This document shows, piece after piece, positions 1 to 3,534 of a stretch of 3,534 nucleotides of DNA (its first letter is position 1; each line of letters opens with the position of its first letter). A program made the translations under genes and the position numbers. Below the pieces are notes generated by a model. That model was not told the DNA's origin. It worked only from the letters and a program-made list of their open reading frames with translations, and made no database searches. Origin of the DNA: a virus (lineage: Duplodnaviria; Heunggongvirae; Uroviricota; Caudoviricetes); the IMG/VR virus record IMGVR_UViG_2648501165_000012. One strand, given 5' to 3'.

Positions 1-342
1 ATGATGAAAAAAAGTATTCTGGCGTTTCTGTTACTCACCAGTTCTGCAGCGGCGCTGGCTGCACCGCAGGTGATTACCGTCAGTCGTTTTGAAGTGGGTA
101 AAGACAAATGGGCGTTTAATCGCGAAGAGGTGATGCTGACTTGCCGACCGGGTAATGCTTTGTATGTTATTAATCCGAGTACCCTCGTGCAGTATCCTTT
201 AAACGATATCGCACAAAAGGAAGTTGCCAGTGGGAAGACCAATGCCCAACCCATTTCGGTGATTCAGATTGATGATCCTAACAATCCCGGCGAAAAAATG
301 AGTCTGGCACCGTTTATAGAACGAGCTGAAAAACTCTGTTAA
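1..342 (+). CDS. yebY: Small exported protein with N-terminal signal peptide, 113 aa, two Cys (C48, C113); YebY-like (DUF2511-type) host gene
   Basis: Complete ORF from ATG at 1 to TAA at 340-342. The N-terminus [23 protein letters not shown] is a typical Sec signal peptide with an AxA cleavage motif. It is followed by an intrinsic terminator. The yebY assignment rests on the 113-aa length, my recollection of the protein, and the adjacent SdsR/RyeB sRNA, which in E. coli lies in the pphA-yebY intergenic region. Not verified by search. Confidence 0.7.
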   Translation: MMKKSILAFLLLTSSAAALAAPQVITVSRFEVGKDKWAFNREEVMLTCRPGNALYVINPSTLVQYPLNDIAQKEVASGKTNAQPISVIQIDDPNNPGEKMSLAPFIERAEKLC

Positions 343-371
343 TTACCTAAAATAGCCTTTTGATTTCCAAT

Positions 372-413
372 AAAAAAACCGCCTCAGTTCTTTCACCAGA
401 ACGGGCGGTTTTT
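372..413. terminator. Bidirectional rho-independent terminator: A-tract, GC-rich stem with nested inner stem, T-tract
   Basis: A7 run at 372-378; outer stem ACCGCC (378-383) pairs with GGCGGT (404-409); inner stem GTTCT (387-391) pairs with AGAAC (398-402); T-run at 409-413. The A-run on one side and T-run on the other allow termination on both strands: yebY on + and an antisense RyeA-like transcript on -. Confidence 0.6.
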
Positions 414-484
414 AACATTTCAGCTGATGACCACCACGCTTTTTATTGACCATTTTGCACGCAAACTGGAAAACCTGGCGTCGT

Positions 485-499
485 CATCTATTCTTAAAG
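485..499 (+). promoter_or_regulatory. Putative sigma-S-type promoter -10 element for SdsR (TCTATTCTTAA)
   Basis: CTATTCT at 488-494 with C at the -13 position and TAA immediately downstream resembles the extended sigma-S -10 consensus (CTAYRCTTAA), positioned 6-7 nt upstream of the predicted sRNA 5' end near 500. No good -35 at correct spacing, which is typical for sigma-S promoters. Confidence 0.45.
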
Positions 500-603
500 G
501 GCAAGGCAACTAAGCCTGCATTAATGCCAACTTTTAGCGCACGGCTCTCTCCCAAGAGCCATTTCCCTGGACCGAATACAGGAATCGTATTCGGTCTCTT
601 TTT
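500..603 (+). ncRNA. sdsR: SdsR (RyeB) small regulatory RNA
   Basis: About 104 nt with no coding potential. Contains a perfect palindrome GCATTAATGC (519-528), a hairpin GGCTCT/AGAGCC (544-549 with 555-560), and a terminal intrinsic terminator: stem CCGAATAC (572-579) with GTATTCGG (587-594), then TCTCTTTTT (595-603). The sequence matches my recollection of E. coli SdsR/RyeB. 5' end approximate. Confidence 0.75.
581..603. other. Probable prophage attachment-site core (attL-type junction) overlapping the last ~23 bp of sdsR
   Basis: The host-like sRNA sequence ends at 603 and an integrase gene ends at 735, with arm-like elements between. As I recall, the last ~23 bp of ryeB were reported as an integration hot spot for prophages in Salmonella. 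The exact crossover point cannot be determined without an empty-site or attR sequence. Confidence 0.5.
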
Positions 604-615
604 AATTGTATTTAA

Positions 616-628
616 AATCAATTAGTTG
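616..628. promoter_or_regulatory. IHF-consensus site (AATCAAttagTTG), candidate H' site of the P' arm
   Basis: Exact match to WATCAANNNNTTR, located between the putative core (ending at 603) and the tandem repeats (from 637), as the H' site sits in the lambda attP P' arm. Confidence 0.4.
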
Positions 629-636
629 CAAGCGTC

Positions 637-668
637 TCCCCGAAATTCCCCGAAATTTACTCGAATTT
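637..668. repeat. Tandem direct repeats TCCCCGAAAT x2 plus a degenerate third copy (CGAATTT); candidate arm-type Int binding sites
   Basis: TCCCCGAAAT at 637-646 and 647-656 are identical and adjacent; CGAATTT at 662-668 is a partial third copy. The position, 70-130 bp from the int stop and 35-65 bp from the putative core, mirrors the lambda P'1-P'3 arm sites. Confidence 0.45.
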
Positions 669-734
669 CTGTATTCCGGTCTTTTTTGGTTATATCACAA
701 CCAATATACATTTAACAATCCATTTACGTTAAAA

Positions 735-1811
735 TCAGAGCAGTAAGTACGTTTTTTCTCGCTCATCAAGATACATTTTTGTTGTCTTCTCCGATGTGTG
801 ACCAAGTAGGCGCTGGGCAAATTCTTCTCCACATGTTTCTTTGTACAATCGTCCAGCCAGACTTCTGATCTCGTGAAAAGTTGGTGGGTTTTCACTGAAC
901 TGGATACCTGTTAATTTTCTGGCTGCGACAAATTTTTTTGTCAGGCCATCCGGGTGAATGCTGCCGTCAGGGCTGTTTTTTCTAATCCCGGCACTGATTA
1001 GATAATCTCCCCGGCTTACTAGGCGGCATCGTTCAACTACTGTACCAAGCCGTAGACCAGCGACAGGAAGGCTGAGTGACAGAGGGATAGCAATCATCAT
1101 TCCTGTCTTAATTTGCCTGATGTGGAGACGGTCATCATAAATATCACTGAACCGCATATTCGTTATGTCTTCGCGACGTTGTCCTGTTACAAGGGCTAAA
1201 TCCATAGCTAATGGGAACCATGCCGGAAGTTGATCTGCTGCCTCCCTGATGCAGTTGTATGTCTTTAGTTTCAGTCGTTCTCTTGTAACTACTATTTTCG
1301 GTGCTCTTGTTGGCGTGACTGGATTTTGAGATATACGTCCTTCAACAATGGCCTCGCGAAACATATCAGACAACACAGAACGCATTGATCCTGCCATTGT
1401 GTTTTTCCCTCCTTCAATCCACAAATCAAGAAACTCGGCAATATGGCGAGTGGTTATTTCTGTCAGTAAAATCTCTCCCAATTTTTCTTTTATTGTCTCC
1501 AGTTGATTTACCCGGATTTTATAAGTATTTCTGGACACTTTTCTCCTTATAAGAATCGTTTTGTAACGTTCAATCCAGTCTGCCATAGTAAATGAGTCGA
1601 ACCCTTTAAGCTTTTCAATTAAGGCAGCAGGAGAGTAGTTTTTGTATATATAATGATTTGCTTCAATTGCCTGCGCTACTGCATCTCTTCTTGAAATTTT
1701 ACCTAGTGTAAATTCTTCTTTCGTCAGAGGGTTGCGCCAGTAATATGCTTTGTCCCTCCTTCGATATGTTAAGTTTTTAGGCAAATTGGGATCGTATTTT
1801 TTCCGCTGCAT
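735..1811 (-). CDS. int: Lambda-family tyrosine integrase (phage integrase), 358 aa
   Basis: The ORF aligns along its whole length with lambda Int as I recall it, including the N-terminal arm-binding region ([27 protein letters not shown] versus lambda PPNLYIRNNGYYCYRDPRTGKEFGLG). Catalytic residues are all present: R in [10 protein letters not shown] in [10 protein letters not shown]-x-x-R in [11 protein letters not shown], and H and Y in [17 protein letters not shown]. Divergent from lambda Int, perhaps about half identical by eye. GGAG lies about 11 nt upstream of the ATG. Confidence 0.95.
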   Translation of the reverse strand: MQRKKYDPNLPKNLTYRRRDKAYYWRNPLTKEEFTLGKISRRDAVAQAIEANHYIYKNYSPAALIEKLKGFDSFTMADWIERYKTILIRRKVSRNTYKIRVNQLETIKEKLGEILLTEITTRHIAEFLDLWIEGGKNTMAGSMRSVLSDMFREAIVEGRISQNPVTPTRAPKIVVTRERLKLKTYNCIREAADQLPAWFPLAMDLALVTGQRREDITNMRFSDIYDDRLHIRQIKTGMMIAIPLSLSLPVAGLRLGTVVERCRLVSRGDYLISAGIRKNSPDGSIHPDGLTKKFVAARKLTGIQFSENPPTFHEIRSLAGRLYKETCGEEFAQRLLGHTSEKTTKMYLDEREKTYLLL

Positions 1812-2058
1812 GTTTTAACTTCTCCAGTAACGGACTGTCTCTCCCTTGTCGCCCATTAGGCTGATGGTGTGTTATATCGGTATCAACCTTATTTGGGTTG
1901 ATATAGAAAGCCTCCGGAACCACCCTGTAACTCCTCCCGTGTAGTTCAGGTGCAGGATAAATGTTTCCATTCCTTGCCCATCGTCTCAGCGTTGATATTG
2001 ATGGTGGATTATCCGGATATCTGAGTTTCCCCCACGTTTTGAGTGTCACAAGATTCAT
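1777..2058 (-). CDS. xis: Excisionase (Xis), lambda-like; 3' end overlaps the int start by 35 bp
   Basis: MNLVTLKTWGKL...ISTLRRWARNGNIYPAPELHGRSYRV resembles lambda Xis (MYLTLQEW...SLETVRRWVRECRIFPPPVKDGREYLF). The start is chosen at the second ATG (2058), which has AGAGG 7 nt upstream; the 95-aa ORF-track version starts at 2064 with only a 1-nt spacer. An xis-int overlap is also seen in lambda. Confidence 0.8.
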   Translation of the reverse strand: MNLVTLKTWGKLRYPDNPPSISTLRRWARNGNIYPAPELHGRSYRVVPEAFYINPNKVDTDITHHQPNGRQGRDSPLLEKLKHAAEKIRSQFA

Positions 2059-2081
2059 TGCCATACCTCTTACGATATGAC

Positions 2082-2108
2082 CGCCAGTAAATATACAGAA
2101 TACTGGCG
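2082..2108. other. Perfect 8-bp inverted repeat (CGCCAGTA ... TACTGGCG) with 11-nt loop, immediately upstream of the xis ribosome-binding site
   Basis: Arms at 2082-2089 and 2101-2108. No flanking T-run in the direction of transcription, so it is not a canonical intrinsic terminator. Possible RNA stem-loop or protein-binding palindrome. Confidence 0.3.
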
Positions 2109-2205
2109 GACGTGATTGATTTTTAATAATCAGCTATGAAGTTCTAATTTGGATATAATGCAACTCACGAGGACAGAAGTTTCTCGCAATTAAAATTTAT
2201 CAGTT

Positions 2206-2215
2206 NNNNNNNNNN
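2206..2215. other. Assembly gap (run of 10 N)
   Basis: Ten consecutive n characters. By convention this marks a gap of unknown true length, so continuity and reading frame across it cannot be trusted. Confidence 0.95.
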
Positions 2216-2326
2216 CCCCGAGAGCATTTTTTCGCATTCCGATTTGGTTAACTTTGTTTTTGAGTACCTTGTCCAGTTAGTAGGAGTGCCACCTTCCTTT
2301 TCAATAGTGGCGGTAATTTTATACAT
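2216..2326 (-). CDS. Small hypothetical phage protein, 3'-truncated by the assembly gap (37 codons visible: [37 protein letters not shown]...); occupies the position of lambda orf63
   Basis: ATG at 2326-2324 is preceded by GGAGGT with a 4-nt spacer and overlaps the Lar stop (cATGtaTAA). The 77-aa ORF in the track starts further upstream inside lar and runs through the N-gap, so only this part is supportable. Confidence 0.45.
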
Positions 2327-2549
2327 GAACACCTCCATTATTATTTCCAGTGGTTCGTTTATTCCATCGTTCGAGTGCTTCTTTTTCACTTCCACCATAG
2401 CCGGTTCGGGATTCGCATCCGTTACACTTCGCGCGGTAATATCCTGAAATGGCTTTCACCGTTACTGATGGACAACCACAAAAAGGGCATGGTTTGACTT
2501 TTGTGTATCGCACTGGTTTTTCTCCTGTGAGCTTTGTGGCTGCGCTCAT
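2319..2549 (-). CDS. Lar-family restriction alleviation protein (Zn-ribbon-like CPFCGC...CNGC), 76 aa; positional equivalent of lambda orf60a
   Basis: Cys cluster [31 protein letters not shown] is the signature of the Lar family (Rac RalR / lambda orf60a-type). Start placed at the ATG at 2549, which forms an ATGA overlap with the exo stop and has GGGGAG 8 nt upstream. The ORF-track start at 2555 has too short a spacer. Confidence 0.8.
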   Translation of the reverse strand: MSAATKLTGEKPVRYTKVKPCPFCGCPSVTVKAISGYYRAKCNGCESRTGYGGSEKEALERWNKRTTGNNNGGVHV

Positions 2550-3226
2550 TTCCATTGCTCCCCAAATACAAAACCAATTTCAGCCAGTGCCTCGTCCATT
2601 TTTTCGATGAACTCCGGCACCATCTCGTCAAAACTCGCCATGTACTTTTCATCCCGCTCAACCACGACATAATGCAGGCCTTCACGCTTCATACGCGGGT
2701 CATAGTTGGCAAAGTACCAGGCATCTTTTCGCGTCACCCACATGTTGTACTGCACCTGGGCCATGTAAGCCGACTTTATGGCCTCGAAACCACCGAGCCG
2801 GAACTTCATGAAATCCCGGGAGGTAAACGGGCATTTCAGCTCAAGGCCATTGCCGTCACTGCATAAACCATCGGGAGAGCAGGCGGTGCGCATACTTTCG
2901 TCGCGATAGATGATCGGGGATTCAGTAACATCCACGCCGGAAGTAAACTCAAACAGGGCTCTGGCGTCGTTCTCGTACTGTTTTCCCCAGGCCAGCGCCT
3001 TAGCGTTAACTTCAGGAGCCACACCGGTGCAAACCTCGGCAAGCAAGGTGTGGAAGTAGGACATTTTCATGTCTGGCCACTTTTTTCCTGAGCGGGGTTT
3101 TGCTATCACGTTGTGAACGTCTGAAGCTGTGATGACACCTAGCCGTAATTTGTGCCACGCATCATCTCCCTGTTCGACAGTTATCACGTCGATCCCGGTA
3201 CGCTGCAGGATAATGTCTGGTGTCAT
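2546..3226 (-). CDS. exo: Lambda exonuclease (Red-alpha, 5'-3' dsDNA exonuclease), 226 aa
   Basis: The 226-aa translation ([14 protein letters not shown]...[11 protein letters not shown]) matches lambda Exo as I recall it, with only a few substitutions. Its start ATG overlaps the bet stop as ATGA (3223-3226), as in lambda. Confidence 0.97.
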   Translation of the reverse strand: MTPDIILQRTGIDVITVEQGDDAWHKLRLGVITASDVHNVIAKPRSGKKWPDMKMSYFHTLLAEVCTGVAPEVNAKALAWGKQYENDARALFEFTSGVDVTESPIIYRDESMRTACSPDGLCSDGNGLELKCPFTSRDFMKFRLGGFEAIKSAYMAQVQYNMWVTRKDAWYFANYDPRMKREGLHYVVVERDEKYMASFDEMVPEFIEKMDEALAEIGFVFGEQWK

Positions 3227-3534
3227 GCTGCCACCTTCTGCCCTGCGGCTTTCTGTTTCAGGAATCCAAGAGCTTTTACCGCCTCGGCTTGTGTCAGTTC
3301 TGACGATGCGCGAATGTCGCGGCGAAGTATCTGGGAACAGAGCGGCAATAAGTCCTCATCCCATGTTTTACCCAGGGCGATTAGCAGAGCGTTAATCTCC
3401 TGCATGGTTTCATCGTTAACCGGAGTGATGTCGCGTTCCGGCTGACTTTCCGCAGTGTATGCGGCGTTTTCGACAATGCGCTCGGCCTCATCCTTGTCAT
3501 AGATGCCAGCAAATCCGAAGGCCAGACGGGCACA
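3223..3534 (-). CDS. bet: Red-beta single-strand annealing protein (Bet), C-terminal 103 codons; 5' end lies beyond the window
   Basis: The - strand frame is open from the window edge (3534) to TGA at 3225-3223. Translation ...[103 protein letters not shown] matches the lambda Bet C-terminus as I recall it. The ORF track shows only the Met-initiated 60-aa tail. Confidence 0.95.
   Translation of the reverse strand, partial: CARLAFGFAGIYDKDEAERIVENAAYTAESQPERDITPVNDETMQEINALLIALGKTWDEDLLPLCSQILRRDIRASSELTQAEAVKALGFLKQKAAGQKVAA

Larger units (their letters stand above)
375..682 (-). ncRNA. ryeA: RyeA (SraC)-like antisense sRNA, probably chimeric (5' part and promoter supplied by prophage DNA); boundaries uncertain
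   Basis: In E. coli and Salmonella, RyeA is transcribed antisense to RyeB and fully overlaps it (established knowledge). On the - strand the 372-413 hairpin followed by a U-run is a suitable 3' end. A candidate sigma-70 promoter on the - strand (-35 TTGTTA at 718-713, 18-bp spacer, -10 TATAAC at 694-689) would place a start near 682. Both ends are inferred, not demonstrated. Confidence 0.3.
581..3534 (-). mobile_element. Left end of an integrated lambdoid prophage (att core, P' arm, int, xis, small genes, lar-like, exo, bet); continues beyond the window
   Basis: Gene order and orientation are identical to the lambda pL operon distal end (bet-exo-orf60a...xis-int-att), with the host sRNA locus abutting the int side. 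Confidence 0.85.

Noticed and set aside
446-451. TTGACC as a -35 for the SdsR promoter
   Set aside because: It lies about 36 bp from the candidate -10, far outside the 16-18 bp spacing. The SdsR promoter is better explained as sigma-S-type with an extended -10 only.
637-668. Tandem repeats as a possible CRISPR or satellite array
   Set aside because: Only two and a half 10-bp units with no spacers; the position next to int and the att core fits integrase arm-type sites much better.
695-895. 66-aa ORF on the - strand
   Set aside because: It overlaps the 3' end of int in a different frame, has no convincing RBS, and its start would lie in the arm-site region. Most likely a shadow ORF.
1777-2064. 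95-aa version of xis starting at ATG 2064
   Set aside because: AGAGG ends 1 nt before this ATG. The second ATG (2058) has the proper spacing and aligns with the lambda Xis N-terminus.
2165-2398. 77-aa ORF on the - strand containing XXXX
   Set aside because: It runs through the 10-N assembly gap, so the frame and length are arbitrary, and its upstream 24 codons overlap lar. Only the part from the internal ATG at 2326 to the gap is reported.
2244-2447. 67-aa ORF on the + strand
   Set aside because: Antisense to lar and the small downstream gene; hydrophobic low-complexity translation and no RBS. Shadow ORF.
2319-2555. 78-aa version of the Lar-family ORF starting at ATG 2555
   Set aside because: The SD-to-ATG spacer is only about 2 nt. 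The ATG at 2549 has an 8-nt spacer and forms the ATGA coupling overlap with the exo stop.
2422-2685. 87-aa ORF on the - strand
   Set aside because: Alternate frame overlapping the exo 3' end and lar, both of which have strong homology support.
2534-2866. 110-aa ORF on the + strand
   Set aside because: Antisense to exo, which is unambiguous.
2836-3042. 68-aa ORF on the - strand
   Set aside because: Lies within exo in another frame; Pro/Trp/Arg-rich translation typical of an out-of-frame artefact.
3129-3445. Two + strand ORFs (88 aa and 97 aa)
   Set aside because: Antisense to the exo start and bet 3' end; Ser/Cys/Arg-rich translations, no support.
1-3534. A novel defence or undescribed multi-gene system
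   Set aside because: Every gene-sized ORF is accounted for by well-known host or lambdoid functions. The only sequence of unknown content is the small gene at 2216-2326 and whatever lies in the assembly gap, which is insufficient evidence to claim a new system.

Overview
This window is the left (int-proximal, attL-type) junction of a lambdoid prophage inserted at the ryeA/ryeB (SdsR) small-RNA locus just downstream of yebY in an E. coli-like enterobacterial chromosome. Host side (1 to about 603): a complete 113-aa signal-peptide CDS (yebY-like), a bidirectional intrinsic terminator, and an sRNA on the + strand with the two-hairpin structure and sigma-S-type -10 of SdsR/RyeB. The last ~23 bp of that sRNA are the probable att core. 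Prophage side (about 604 to 3534), all genes on the - strand in lambda pL-operon order: bet (3' part, runs off the window), exo, a Lar-family restriction-alleviation gene, a small gene cut by a 10-N assembly gap, xis, and a lambda-family tyrosine integrase. Between int and the core lie an IHF-consensus site and tandem 10-bp repeats, consistent with a P' arm. Exo and Bet look near-identical to phage lambda from memory, whereas Int and Xis are clearly diverged, consistent with a different insertion specificity. I do not see a novel defence or biological system here: the content is classical lambdoid recombination and integration functions plus one anti-restriction gene. The points most worth follow-up are the sRNA-locus insertion and its effect on the antisense RyeA, the att architecture, the Lar-family gene and the assembly gap. 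All homology statements rest on recall and reading of the translations; no database search was run.
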